From Picochlorum sp. SENEW3 (taxonomy: Eukaryota), in assembly GCA_034226945.1 (NCBI GenBank), contig CP120456.1, positions 620,001 through 684,000 on the forward strand: 64,000 nt of DNA, read 5' to 3'. The notes beneath the pieces were generated by a model. It had not been told where the DNA came from and searched no databases. It saw only the letters and a program-made list of their open reading frames with translations. Position 1 is the stretch's first letter. Each line of letters opens with the position of its first letter. Both the position numbers and the translations under genes were made by a program. Of this stretch, positions 23,901 through 37,537 are shown piece after piece.

Positions 23901-24964
23901 TTTCTCTAAAGCCTGATCAAGATGGTGCTATTAATTTTGATCTGCCACTCCCCTCTCCGTCCGGCAGCCTTGGTGTGGTGCGTAATTATGTCATTGCAGT
24001 CTGGGATTGATTTTAGCAAGGTCTTGGTATACTATCAGAATATCACGCGCGTAATTTTCTTTGCATGTAGTTTATGGATAATTTCAAAGGTCTGACCGTC
24101 CCATGTCATTTAAGACCGCCAGTCCAGGCAATCAATTGGGTACAGTTGAGCCCAGATTCTGCAGTCAACGAGAATATGTCATCAAGAATTGCCTCTGCAA
24201 TCGGTATCATTCAGGAAGTTTTAAAGGAACTTGAGCACATAATTGTTAAAGACAATATGTATCAGGATGACGAAGATCCAAGGAAAGCACTTACCCAGCC
24301 AAGAACAATGGTTGGTGACCGCTTGGGCCGCATGATAGTGAATCGACTTAAAGTCAAAGTCCGATTAGACGAGAGAAGAATCGGAGAAATCATGTCTGGC
24401 TTGGATAGCAAGACTCTAGGAAGTACTGAGGCTTTCATTTCCACAGCTGGGCGCATCATTAGTCATTTGGGGGACGTCATGAACTTTGGATTGGTACCCT
24501 CTGCTAGCACAGATCTTGTTTTACCCTCAGATGCACCTACTCCTCCTGAGAAGTATTTGTTACATTTAGAATCATCAGATATCAGTAGACTAAGGGCAGA
24601 TGTTCAAAGTCTTGGGTTTCAAAGTGCCATCACACCTGGCGGCGCAGTGAGACTTATCCATGCACTCATGAGAGCTGCTGGTATTGCTTTCTTGGGAAAA
24701 TCAAGTGAGGAACTCCTGGAACTGAGACATAAAATGGAAGGCTGGTATAGCTTGTTGACTCGTGATGCATTAAATCTTTCCATGTGTATAGATACAGAAG
24801 GAGAAGTCATGGATGGGGTCTTCATTGCCTCATTTCGAGGGACCGCCGAAGACGGTGCCGTCAGGGCAACAAGTCCTTTAATTGTTACAAACGAGCTGGA
24901 TCTTGTTCCATTGGGAAAGGCAATGCGTGGTGATCCTCCTGAAAACACCCGAGAAAAATCGTGA
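20905..24964 (+). CDS. Large uncharacterised protein (~1300 aa, 3 exons): coiled-coil N-terminus, disordered middle, folded C-terminal half
   Basis: Three long ORFs joined by GT-AG introns near 21466-21532 and 23978-24070. Confidence 0.8.
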
Positions 24965-25057
24965 TAAAATTACAGAATGCTAGATGTACTCGTGTAAGAT
25001 TGATGACATGCTTTAGATGTGTGTTGGCTCGATGTTGCTCGCGAAACCTTCATCCAG

Positions 25058-25456
25058 TCAAGAGCAGCAATAACACTCTGTCACGCCCCTATAGGTGAAA
25101 CAGCATTTTTCGGTGATTCCAGGGCAATCATTCGGATCTACTGGGGTACCTTCTTCAGGCCTTCTTTGAGACGTTCTGTTTATGTCCTCAGAAGTCCAAG
25201 ATCTTTCCTTTGACTTTTTTTTCCTGGACCGAATGGCCTTGAAAACCAGCCTCTACAGGACAGATAACTCCTGTCGATACACAATACCATGACGCCGCAG
25301 TTCAATCCATCATACCTCCATTTTCGGATATTTTCTGAAAAAGTTTCCGACTTGCTTTCTCGTGAACTCCTTCTTCGCCTCGGCCTGGGCAACTGAGAGC
25401 AGGAGTACCAAGGACAGAGTCAGGACCAGACACAAAGTTCGATATTGGAGACGCAT
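25058..25456 (-). CDS. Small secreted precursor (111 aa) ending in a 6-cysteine peptide; 2 exons (25456-25316, 25252-25058)
   Basis: Signal peptide MRLQYRTLCLVLTLSLVLLLSVAQAEA; 63-nt GTATG...TAG intron in phase 0; C-terminus DPNDCPGITEKCCFTYRGVTECYCCS*; minus-strand TGTAA at 24974-24970. Confidence 0.75.
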
Positions 25457-26169
25457 GTTCTTTCCTGACAGGATAAAGTAAAGATCAAACGACGATGTGG
25501 TGGCGATTTCAGTCCAAATACTGGATTTTCCTTCTACTCTTCTAAGTGTCGCACAGAAGACGAATGCAATACGCACAGATTACGCTACGCCCGAAATGTA
25601 TGTATTTCGGCGCACCTTCGACACCTCTAGCACTGCAGAGTGGGGGCCAACCCTGTTCACTGGCGAACATCTACACACAACTCCTGACTACTAGTATGTA
25701 ATCTCGTGATGATGTGAACCATATCGATCACATTGATACATGCAAGGCGATGTGCTAACCTATGCATACATCTCTAACCCATACTATCTGCCAGTTGGCA
25801 GGCTGCAGTCTGGCAGCATTGCTAATGGATTCCCAGGATTGCCACAAAGTCGCGTTCGATTCACTTCCACACCAATTGCGGGGTACGTATAATCAATCAA
25901 GGTGGTACAGAGATCGTCACCCTTGCTCGTGATGACTCGCACATGCCCATCATGCTTGTTGGTAGTGATGACAGACAATGAACTGGCGTGGGTTATAGCA
26001 CAGACATGCCTGCACATTCCTCAGATCATCCTTGCTATGCTTGGGCCTTCCATCGTAGAATAATAGAAAGATAAATATAAAGATTATCCAAATTCAAATT
26101 CTGATCGGTGTAGAACAAAACAGAGACGCAACCATATCGTCCTCTTATCTCAACGTACACAATAGAAAG

Positions 26170-27125
26170 ATGATGCGAATTCGGGCGAATACTGCCATCA
26201 ATGTATCAACAAATGTTCTGCATAGGCATAGAAGAGCATTTGCAGGAAGATACCAACATGAGAAGGCATTGGAGGGTAGATACAGGTGTGTACCTCTTTT
26301 CGTCATCTTGGTTGGACTCTTAAACTCCGCGTTATGTGCCTTTGATGTTTTCTATATGCTCTCATATCGATTCATTGTATCAACAGGGTATTTTCTGGCG
26401 ATGGAGTTGGTGAGGAAGATTTGGAGGCCCAAGTAGAAGCTTTTATGCAGAAGCAAGCAGAGGTAGAGAGTGGCCAGTCTACTCGTGCCGTGGATCCTAA
26501 TAAGATTTTGGGGGAGGATCAAGTGAGTGAAGAAGATGCAAAGGCATACTGTAGGGAGATTGTGCAGGTGATGAAGACATTGAAGCAGAACAGGGACATG
26601 ACAGTGAATGAAATCAAATTGACTATTTCTATTGAAGATCCAAGAGCACGAGAGCAGAGATTGATGGGCATTGAGGATTCAAGGGGTGTCTCCAGAGATG
26701 AAATGGCCGCTGCTTTGGAAGTAGTCGCTGAAGGGCAAGTTCCACGTGATAGAATCGCCCTGCGCGAGTTGCACAGGGAGATGGTCAACTGGCCATTCTT
26801 GGAAGTGGATGGAACAAAGACAACGGGTGAGTTAACGTACAGCGAATATTTTGATTCACCTTTATAATTGTGACTAAAGATTGATGCAGGTATCGAGTCT
26901 TTGGCGCCGCCAACGACTCCTGCGAGTGATGATGCTTCATCTCCATGGCGTCGGGAACAAGAGGCGAGACCTCCAATGGGCAGGGATCCAAATGAACAGC
27001 CATCAGGTTTGACAGATTTGCTCCCTGACTGGGTCGGGTATGGTGCACTTTATCTTGTTTCTATTGCGCCCGTCTTGATCGCCTTGAGTGTTGTTGCTAT
27101 TCTATTTTTCAATTCATTAAGGTAA
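26170..27125 (+). CDS. Y3IP1: Ycf3-interacting protein 1 (Y3IP1/CEST/CGL59), PSI assembly factor, spliced
   Basis: NRDMTVNEIKLTISIEDPR; EMVNWPFLEV; GYGALYLVS...LFFNSLR. Confidence 0.9.
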
Positions 27126-27134
27126 ATACATAAT

Positions 27135-28646
27135 TCATTTGTTGCTCCTAACTACCTGAAGCATGCATCTATCTGACAAAAAATTCGAAGCACCACTGAT
27201 TCTTTCCGTCTCCAAGTCGACATACAAAAGTCCTGGACAAATTTTTGTCAACTCGATCTCTAGTCGGTCAATTTCCGCTCCAACAGTGCTGATGACGCCA
27301 GTACCAAACTCGTGCAATGTTACATCCATCGCATCGCGAAGCATAGCATTCTCCTCTCCAGGGGCAGCGCAAGCAGCTTCCATGATATTTTTATATAGGT
27401 TTTGTCTGTTTAGAGATTCGAGGTACCTGTGCACAATCCGGTCTCCGTTCCATTGGATATCAGCTTTGAACCTGCATGCATATGTTGTTGTGGGTGGTAC
27501 TTCCAACACAACACTACTGTCAGTGATATCGCACCTATACAGACCGTCTCCAATCTCTTCGCTCATTGGATTTACAACACACAAAACCATAGGATCAGCT
27601 TTCAAATGCGCAACCAGGGCCTTTTGTAGGGTTGGCTCAATAGCTTGACCAATAAGGAACCTCTTATAATTTCGTATCATTGCTAGTGCAATGCCTCCCA
27701 TGAGGACACCCACGCCTATACTTCCAAGGGCGTCATACATAGGGTCGCCAGAAATCCAGGTCATATATGATGCAACACCGGCCACACCTAGACCAGCAAC
27801 TGCACCAGCATCCTCGAAGAGAACAGCACTCGTCGTTGGGTCTCTGCTACTCTTGATATGCTCAAAAACCCCTCTGCCACTACGAGAAGCTCCATCATTC
27901 AATATTCGAAAAGCAACGCTCAATGAAAATAATTCGATTAATCCTGAGATACCCAAAATTGAAAGACTGTACCCCATATGTTCCAGTGTTGGGGGATCAT
28001 ACAAATTCTGTATCCCATGAACAATCGTAGCCCCTGAGCCTACACAAAATACGCACACGGCGCTCATAAGGGCATATATATACTTTTCTCTATGAAACCC
28101 ATACGGATGCTGCTTGGTTGGAGCCCTTCTGGACTTTTCAACCCCAGCACGAAGTAGCAACTGATTTGCAATATCTGCAAGAGAATGAATAGATTCTGCC
28201 AAGAGGGCTCCACTCCCTGAAAAATACCAAGCGCCAGCCTTAGCGACGAATATTGCACCATTAGATACTACAGCTGTATTCACAGCCTTTAATTCATTCC
28301 TCTGCCTGAAGTGATCCACCTCTGGCATCCATGGCAACCTGGATGACTCCTCCAAACTCTTAGTTTGCTTGACGAAATCTGACTTTCGGGACCCATGAAG
28401 ACCTCTCATATGAAGGCCTCCAGTGTGTTTATACGAAGTAAGTCTACGAGAATCCCTCTGTGAGTCAGAAATCGGCGTGCGCCCTCGGCTTTGAGAGGTC
28501 CAGTCTATCTCTGAGCCCTTCCTTGAGGAACGTGAGAATTCATTCAGTTCCGGCTCAAAACCCCCATCACATGACGAAATTCCGAATTCTAATTTCAAAC
28601 ATTGATTCCATATAGAGCGGCGACGCAAAATCGATCGAGAGAGCAT
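27135..28646 (-). CDS. Cation diffusion facilitator, ZnT9/MTP7-like, with organellar-type N-terminal extension
   Basis: LAESIHSLAD; HPYGF; DPTTSAVLFED; probable 63-nt in-frame intron 27472-27534. Confidence 0.9.
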   Translation of the reverse strand: MLSRSILRRRSIWNQCLKLEFGISSCDGGFEPELNEFSRSSRKGSEIDWTSQSRGRTPISDSQRDSRRLTSYKHTGGLHMRGLHGSRKSDFVKQTKSLEESSRLPWMPEVDHFRQRNELKAVNTAVVSNGAIFVAKAGAWYFSGSGALLAESIHSLADIANQLLLRAGVEKSRRAPTKQHPYGFHREKYIYALMSAVCVFCVGSGATIVHGIQNLYDPPTLEHMGYSLSILGISGLIELFSLSVAFRILNDGASRSGRGVFEHIKSSRDPTTSAVLFEDAGAVAGLGVAGVASYMTWISGDPMYDALGSIGVGVLMGGIALAMIRNYKRFLIGQAIEPTLQKALVAHLKADPMVLCVVNPMSEEIGDGLYRCDITDSSVVLEVPPTTTYACRFKADIQWNGDRIVHRYLESLNRQNLYKNIMEAACAAPGEENAMLRDAMDVTLHEFGTGVISTVGAEIDRLEIELTKICPGLLYVDLETERISGASNFLSDRCMLQVVRSNK

Positions 28647-28920
28647 TCTGTCTTCACAAAGAGAGTTTCCTGTATACGCGGGCTTTCTATCAACGGTGAG
28701 CCTGCCACCGTACACCCATCTATCCAACTCGTAACATCTTGAATGATTATAGATTCATCGCAAGGGAAGGTACAATCAAATGAAAGCGGGTTTGGTCATC
28801 CGCTTCTTTCTTTTTAAGAACCCATGGCCATCAGAGCAAAGTGGAAATTCCAAGAGTCCTCAACTCCAAGGCCAGCCATGGGCAACATGCATGCAATGAA
28901 TAAATAATGAATAGCTCAAT

Positions 28921-29650
28921 ATGAGTCATAGAGCCACTAGGATCACTCGAACAGGTAGAAAGCTGAACGACAAGTTCTTCAAACAAGCCAAAAGTGAAGG
29001 ATACGTCGCCCGGTCGGCATTTAAACTTTTAGAGATCCAGCAAAAGCACAAGTTGATACCAAAAGGAGGATATGTCTTGGACTTGGGCTGCCATCCTGGT
29101 GCTTGGCTGCAGGTCTCCTGTCAAAGTTTGGGCCCTCCGAAACAGGGTGGCCTAGTACTTGGTGTTGATATTCAAGCGACCGCTGTCCCTGGGAAATATT
29201 GCGACGAGAGAGTGAAAATTATACATGGGGATGCTCGCGACATTAGTGAAGAAGTGTGGAAAAGATATGCGCCAAAGGTGAGTTTGATGTATTTTGCAGA
29301 ATGGATGGCCATCTAAACCTGATGCCAGTATGAATATGCAGGGTTTCGATGTGGTGCTTTCTGATATGTGCCACTTCACGCACGGTAATGCGCTAACAGA
29401 TTCATATAAATCTTTAGAATTGGCTAGAACCGCATTCCAGATCGCAAGCTCGTCAGAGGCAAGAGAAAGTGATGGAGTCCTCAAGCCTGGGGGGAGTTTA
29501 GTTATGAAATTGCTCCAGGGTCCAGGCACACAGGAGTTTGCTGCTGAACTCAAGGAGTATTTCTCTGTTGTCAAGCATCATCGACCAAAGGCAACCCGAT
29601 CAGAAAGCAAAGAAGTATTCCTGATAGGCATGAAGAAGAAGCATCCTTAA
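28921..29650 (+). CDS. FtsJ/RlmE-family rRNA 2'-O-methyltransferase, 2 exons
   Basis: ARSAFKLLEI; VLDLGCHPGAW; DVVLSDM; KATRSESKEVF. Confidence 0.93.
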
Positions 29651-29837
29651 TAAAATGGTGGATTGACAATCCAGGACTTGTCAGATTGCCGGAGCCGTCC
29701 CCCACATTGGTCAGATTGATTGCATTCATATTATTTAAATCGAATTTATATGTATGAAACACGGAGAAGTGTAATCGAGTTGCTCTTGTACGCAAGAACC
29801 AAACAACTGTCATACGTTGCAGTTGAAGATACGGATC

Positions 29838-31046
29838 ATGAGAACGGGGAATTTTTTACCACATCAACTTGTGGCTGGTCATTTAGTATCATCAATTATA
29901 TCTGCGAATGAAAAAATGACGGAGAGAGTGTTGCCGCTGGTTGAGAGAGCATTTTTTCTGGATCAGCCAAGTTTTTCCAAGAGAACGGAGAAAATATTCT
30001 ATACAGTGTGCTGGGAGCCTATACAATCAATCACTCGAGGACCTTATAGTAATCGTGATGTGATGCGTTTGGCATATATGGTGCTTGAGTCCTTTGCGGA
30101 GGTGTTGTCTGCAAAAAGTCACGACTACTTGCACTATGTTCAGAAACTTCTCTTTCAGTTGCGTTCTGATTTGTCCATCAACGAGGGTGTGAAGGCTTCT
30201 ATGGCTGGATATCGTTGTTTCGCAGCGTATATTCGATATAATAAGATTAATTTGAGGAACGTCGCGAATGGTGCCAATGAGATGTGCTTTCTATCAGTAT
30301 CTCGTGGCACTCCTGAATTGATACTGGGGGCAATGTGCGTTTGGAGAGGTCTACTTGTGGACTCATCTGCACCATACATGTCTCTCAATTTACCTCTAGT
30401 GATGGCTCGGCTGCAGAGGCTTGCGATGGGAAAGGATGAGGGTATCAGAGAAGAGGCTAGTTTGCTTCTCAGTGATATTCTTGAGTACAGTCGCAGCCTG
30501 GATTATCATCACCCTGAAAGCGTGAGAGCAAGTTTTAGTGTTACTTCAAGTATCAATAATGTAGACGTATCACTCGACCAATTCGATCTTGGGAATCCAG
30601 AAGAGATTGAATATTTTTTGCGAGGGAGTATTCCTGTGCCTGCCATGCCATCAACCATCACCCAAGGAGAGAACAAGACTCGTGAAGATGTGCTAATTCA
30701 CCGATTGGTAAAAGAAGTTGAAGGGCTAGGAGATTCCGATGCTTCTTTCTCCAATAGAGACCTCTTCAACATTGAAAAGGCAATCACAGAGGGTATACAA
30801 TCCAGGAGAGATGAGACCTTCACATACACCGAATGTATTTTTAGTAAATACTTGGAAATCATATATGAGGATCTGACATCCAGGGCAAAAGAATCAATTG
30901 TTGTAGATCCATCTCTGGTGGATCTAGCACATGTTGGCCAACATATTGACCATTGCAGCAGCTTGGTTCTATCAAAAGCAGAGGATCTAGAAACGAAATT
31001 CCTCGATCATGTAGTTCCAATATTACAGCAGATTATTCCTGTCTAA
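29838..31046 (+). CDS. Hypothetical, probably helical protein; 5' end uncertain
   Basis: 400-codon open frame, no motif recognised. Confidence 0.65.
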   Translation: MRTGNFLPHQLVAGHLVSSIISANEKMTERVLPLVERAFFLDQPSFSKRTEKIFYTVCWEPIQSITRGPYSNRDVMRLAYMVLESFAEVLSAKSHDYLHYVQKLLFQLRSDLSINEGVKASMAGYRCFAAYIRYNKINLRNVANGANEMCFLSVSRGTPELILGAMCVWRGLLVDSSAPYMSLNLPLVMARLQRLAMGKDEGIREEASLLLSDILEYSRSLDYHHPESVRASFSVTSSINNVDVSLDQFDLGNPEEIEYFLRGSIPVPAMPSTITQGENKTREDVLIHRLVKEVEGLGDSDASFSNRDLFNIEKAITEGIQSRRDETFTYTECIFSKYLEIIYEDLTSRAKESIVVDPSLVDLAHVGQHIDHCSSLVLSKAEDLETKFLDHVVPILQQIIPV

Positions 31047-31051
31047 AATAT

Positions 31052-32444
31052 TTAAGCTATACTGGCACCCGAAAGGCTAGCAACGACTGTTCCACTGTTT
31101 GTTTTCAATGGCACGTTTCTGTATTTGCAAACTCCATCTGTATGCGATTTAATCACGTTTAGTAAGACATATATAGGCATGTATGTGTGTGTATATGGAC
31201 AAAATATGGTCTCAGAACAGATCTTGGTGTAGTAGTAATGCATATCCACATGTGAATTGACACGATCGGATTTAGCATGGAATTTTTTCGCATCAGTGAC
31301 CATAACATGATACAACAAAAGCAGTTCCACTCATACCTGCATCTGTCGATAATTCTGGTGCTATACGCTCAAAGATTTTCTTCTTAGGGTTAATTTGACC
31401 CTCAGCATCTCGATCGAACCCTTCACACATGATTCTGGATCCAACTGTTGATCCCTCAGGTGGGATGATGGGATCCACTTTTGTATGGTCAGCATTTGAT
31501 GCACACAACACCATACCATATGAAACAACATCCCTCATTTTTGCTGGCTTCAAATTGCAGACAACCGCCACCATTCTCCCTTTCATATCTTCCTCAGACA
31601 CAAACTTCCTCAATCCTGAAACAACAGTCCTTGGATTCTCTTCTCCAACATCTATTTCTTCTACATATAGCGCATCTGCATTTGGATGAGGACCAATAGA
31701 CTTGATCAGCCCAACACGTATATCCAAAAAGTCGATCGTTGGGTCCTCCTTGGAACTTTTCTCTTTTTTGGGTGGTTTATCGGTACTCTGCTTTTTTGCC
31801 TTCTCTTCTTTCTTTTCCTTCTGTGCAGCTTTTTGCTCGGGTAGCTCTGAACTTTTCTTCTCTACTTTTGAGGGCTTTCCCTCCTTTGCAGGCGCAGTTA
31901 TTTGCTGGACCGGAACAAAATTAAACCTGGGTTTGGAAAACAAAATCCCAGGGAACAAGCTGTCCCCATCCACCATGAAATGGACATTCTCATACCATCG
32001 CATTAGGTTGCAAAAATGAGCATGCTGAGCAACAGGAAAAGAGGAAACTGCCTTACTCACTCCCACGTACAGAAACAGATCGGCAAGCGTAATACTGTGC
32101 CCAACTAAAAATGTCCTGCTCTGCAGCCATGTATTGAACAACTCCAACTGGCCATCCAGCTGATCACGCACCATAGCCCGACTCAGCGTCAATATCTCGG
32201 ATATCTTTGATCGGTCCTCATTCGTAGTACCTAAAAGCTGATCTGACCTTGTCCCTTTACTGGCGATGTACCGAGCAGCCGCAATGCTCCCTGTGAGGGC
32301 CTTTCCTTCCACGGTTGTAAACTTTACATTGCGCTCCTGTTCATCAACTGCTATATTTATATCACATGAGCATGACGCATACTTACTGAGAAGAATCAAA
32401 AACTTCTCAGTTTCAGCATGCGGAACGGTCACCTCAACAGACAT
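31052..32444 (-). CDS. Arc1p/AIMP1-like tRNA-synthetase cofactor: GST-like domain, Lys-rich linker and EMAPII-like tRNA-binding OB fold
   Basis: FLVGHSITLAD; LDIRVGLI...HPNADALYVEEID; NLKPAKMR; last exon DGVCKY... ends at 31052. Confidence 0.9.
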
Positions 32445-32701
32445 GTCTCTCCAAAACCTAGTTCCCTGTCTGGGATAATCAATAAATACTGCACTTGTAT
32501 TCAGACAATTGCTGAATCAATGAATAAAAAATTGATCAATCAATCTGTCAAAGATGCTCAGGTATCCAGCCCGCAGCTAGCCGATCCGGATCGGATGGCA
32601 GTCTGCAAATGCACTGGGACACTTGGACTTGAAGTCCAAGAGCAGGATGCTTTTCGGCCTTAACCTCATAGCCCATTGCTATATTACATTTTTGATCAAC
32701 C

Positions 32702-34026
<1,325 letters not shown>

Positions 34027-34027
34027 A

Positions 34028-36169
34028 TCAAAAATGGAATTCGATCATCACAGGATGATAGGGTTCTCCTTGATGAGCTGAGATGAATCCTCTGTTCACT
34101 CCCACTGCAATGCATTTGAGACAATTAGCATTGAGTTAATGTAACACATTTTTTTTCTAAACGTACCGAGAACATGATGAAACATTGTGGCCGCTTCATG
34201 ACGGGTCAAGTGCGAGGTTATTTCATCGAGAGTTAAGGTGTCCGATGTTGAAACCATTCGAGCTTTTGTTAGGATCTCGTAAGTGTGGGATCCTTTATCC
34301 CAATCGTATTGATTCGATTGCGACATGGTTGGTCCCGTCTCTTGCAGTCCATAGTTGTTTATTTGGCTGAATGTAGCTGCGGGTGGTAGGTTCAAATGAA
34401 GCTGCATATCTCGATCCAGATCATACTGGCTGGCCTCAAACATGTCTGACAGCTTCTCTTTCTGTACTGAGGATCTGTTGCTGTTACTGAGCCCGCTATC
34501 CTCCCTAGACATATCCCCGGATCCTGGGAATGATCTGGAGCTGCTATGATATCCATACATGCGCTGATTAGGGGTGACATGGAGAGCTGCTCTCAACCTA
34601 CAGAAAGCAAAAAGGACACAAACTGTTGAAACGGCCAGATGAAGTTGCTTTGTTTGTTTGTTTGTGAATATGATTACCTTTCGATTTCGATTGGTGCGTC
34701 TTGTTGTCCTCTAGGAGGTCTAGACTGAAGACCATTGTCATCTTCAGCTAAACCAAAAACCTGATCATACCCTTGTGGAGAACCTTGGTAATCATGCATC
34801 TCGTGCATCTCGTGCATCTCGTGCATCTCGTGCATCTCGTGCATCTCGTGCATCTCAGGTTCATGGTGCGCTCTCTTTCTTTTTTTCTGGTGTTGTTTGC
34901 GCATGAAATCCTGATGCACCTTTAAATGGTTACTCAGATATGCACTCAGAAGGTTGTCACCATGATAACTTGATATCGGAAGGGAAAACAATCGGATGAG
35001 CGATTTAAAGGCACCTTTAGAGTTTCCAGGAGCTTCTAGAGTGGTATTTAAATCTCTAATAGTGAGATTTTCTTCTTTGAGGCCGTCCATGGGCTCAATC
35101 GAAATTTGCTCATCCATTTTGCCTTTTCTTTTGCGCTTTCTTTCCATAATTACGAAATCCTGGAGCATGCACACCTCTGATTGAGGAGAATGTATCCATA
35201 TATTAGGTCAAATGACTATACATACCTGTTCTGGTGGAGGCATGACACTGTTTGGCGAGCCAATCGACCCTACACCATAGTCATATCCCATGCAGGCATC
35301 ATCCATGTGATCTGGTAATATCATATCTTCGTATGCCTCTGGCATCAGATCTGGAGAATCCATGATGTAATTTCTACATGCACAAAATAAAACAATGGTG
35401 AGTTGTTGGAGCTTTTGAAATGGACTATCAGAGACCCATACCCATTGTCGAGAGAAGCATCGTCTCCTTCAAACCCAAGCTCCTCCGTGTTTGAAAGGAC
35501 AAAGTACTCATTCTCCAATCCCTACAACAATATTAGTGGAATCAGAATAATTGTCTTCCAAAAAATTTCCATTAAATCTCGAAACATGGACATCCAACCA
35601 CACCTGTTCAAAAGCAAAATCTTTCGCAGGTTGAGACCTTTCAAATGTCAAAAATACATCTGTGGCTAACTCTTCCTCGCCATCCCTGTTTAAAGTTATG
35701 TTTCTTGCTTTTCTTGCACTCTTTGGGAGATCTATCTTCTTCTCTTCGATAGAAGTGCTGTTATCGACTTCGCACAGTCTTTTCTGCATGAACATTCCAC
35801 ATCATACCCTGGCAACGAAACTTGAACAAGCCCTCGTATGCACTTACCATTGTGTGCTCTGCATCTTCCTTAAGATAGTTGACTTTTTTCTTGTGCAAAA
35901 GTACAATCCCACTTGTCAAGATCGCCTGCAACCGAAGAGCTTGTGGAACCTCCGGATCCAAAATAGACTCGCTGTACAATAACACAAATATTTGCCAAGT
36001 AGGAAACAATCGTGAGATAAATATGGACATTTGCTCTCGTATCGTACCAAGCTTCGCTGATATTTGCCTGTAGAACCTTTGTCCTTGCTAGCCTCCGACC
36101 GTGAGCCGCTCCCCAGACAAAGCCCAACGCACTACGCGTGGATTTCAAGACTTCTGTAGAATAAAACAT
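34028..36169 (-). CDS. Kleisin cohesin subunit (Rad21/Rec8 family, probably REC8-like), multi-exon
   Basis: N-terminus MFYS...LGFVW.AA...PEVPQALRLQAIL..G; C-terminal winged helix TRHEAATMFHHVL|VGVNRGFISAHQGEPY. Confidence 0.88.
34795..34857 (-). repeat. Coding 9-bp tandem repeat (TGCATCTCG x7 on plus) encoding (EMH)7
   Basis: Six perfect units plus one 8/9 unit. Confidence 0.97.
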
Positions 36170-36670
36170 GAAACTGTCGTCAAAATATTGGGTGCAAATG
36201 ATATAATCACATGTACGCTTTTCTGTTTGGATGATTTCTGTCGGATCATCGAGCTAAATTCAAAATTCAGTTGCATACGCAAAGTATTGAATTTCGGAAC
36301 CCATGGTATCCATGTATCGAAAGGGACGATTGCGTCCGATCTCTACCTGACTGTCATGGGGCAACGATGCATGCTTATGCGTCCCAGCAGAATCAACAGT
36401 GGAAAACCGAATGGTGGTGCATGAACTCATTATGAATGTTGCTGCATCAGTGGACGACATAAATATGTTGATACGCAACCTTTTGCGTAAAACATGGATC
36501 CGGTAACGTACATGATTGTTGAATGGCAAGGTTGCAACGGTCTCAGTACTAGTCGACCGCGGTCGAGAGCTCTCGACTGATCAGAGTCCAATCTAGGACG
36601 ACAGCTTCTGCATGCAGTGTATATGCAGGTTCAACCACTAGTATATGCATTCATAATTATATTTTAAAGA

Positions 36671-37531
36671 ATGGAGACTATTGAGAAGAGAAACGAGAAT
36701 TATATAAGGTGCTTGGACCTGGTTCAGGTGAGGTTGCTCGTAAAGATTGCGTCCTTCTAACTTCATTCTCACCCTTAGGTGCATCAATCTGCGCACAGAA
36801 ATATATAAAACAAAGGAAAGAGATTGATGATCTTATCCGAGAAGGGTTTGTGGGATTGACAAGATTCAAATACTCCGACAGCCGTTCTCTGCGAGGACTT
36901 CAGAGCTATTTTCCGAAGAGGATGATCGCAACAAGGAAAATCAAGAGTACGTAAATCGTATATAACGCGCTAGAGTTATGCATGTGCTTGAATCTTAGCC
37001 TACTTGTGCAGTCCAAGGATGTGATGGAGGCCCTCAGGTTGAGTTGTGTGATACTGGGAAGAGTCAGGAGGTGGACAAAGGAGATTGCCGCGATCCAGAC
37101 GATGAAGTGCGTGATTTCATCAAAGAATTAGAATCCAGATATGTTACAAGTAGTGGAGATCGGAGGTGCGAGACACGTGAGTTTTGCATTGCTTACTAGT
37201 ATTTGTTTGTAATTGTTGGTTTGCTCTGCAGACACAGTCATGATGACTTGGATGACGTAGTCATGAGCGACCCATTAGAATGGTTTGGTGGAATTTGTCA
37301 CCCTTCTCTGAAGCAATCTGCAGAGATCTTCGGCGCAGGTGAGATGCCATGATAAATATAGTTGAGCTTGATCCAGTCTGGTTTTTTGCTTTTATGACAA
37401 GTTATAAATGTCCCTTTACAGTTATTGATAAGGTAGAGGATCTAGCACAAATAATATACAACTTACAAATTTCATTGCGACAATATCAGGAAAACAAGAC
37501 AAGAGACACCACAAATACTTCAGTATGCTAG
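36671..37531 (+). CDS. CCDC115/Vma22-like V-ATPase assembly factor, spliced
   Basis: LIREGFVGLTRFKY and DPLEWFGGICHPSLKQSAEIF match the family's N- and C-terminal motifs. Confidence 0.7.
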
Positions 37532-37537
37532 TGATGA

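Noticed and set aside
25014..25060. Selenocysteine read-through of the TGA after CCS
   Set aside because: No SECIS recognised, and the six Cys already pair evenly
25500..26060. Gene or structured RNA between the peptide gene and Y3IP1
   Set aside because: Only short ORFs and one small inverted repeat; I could not build a consistent model
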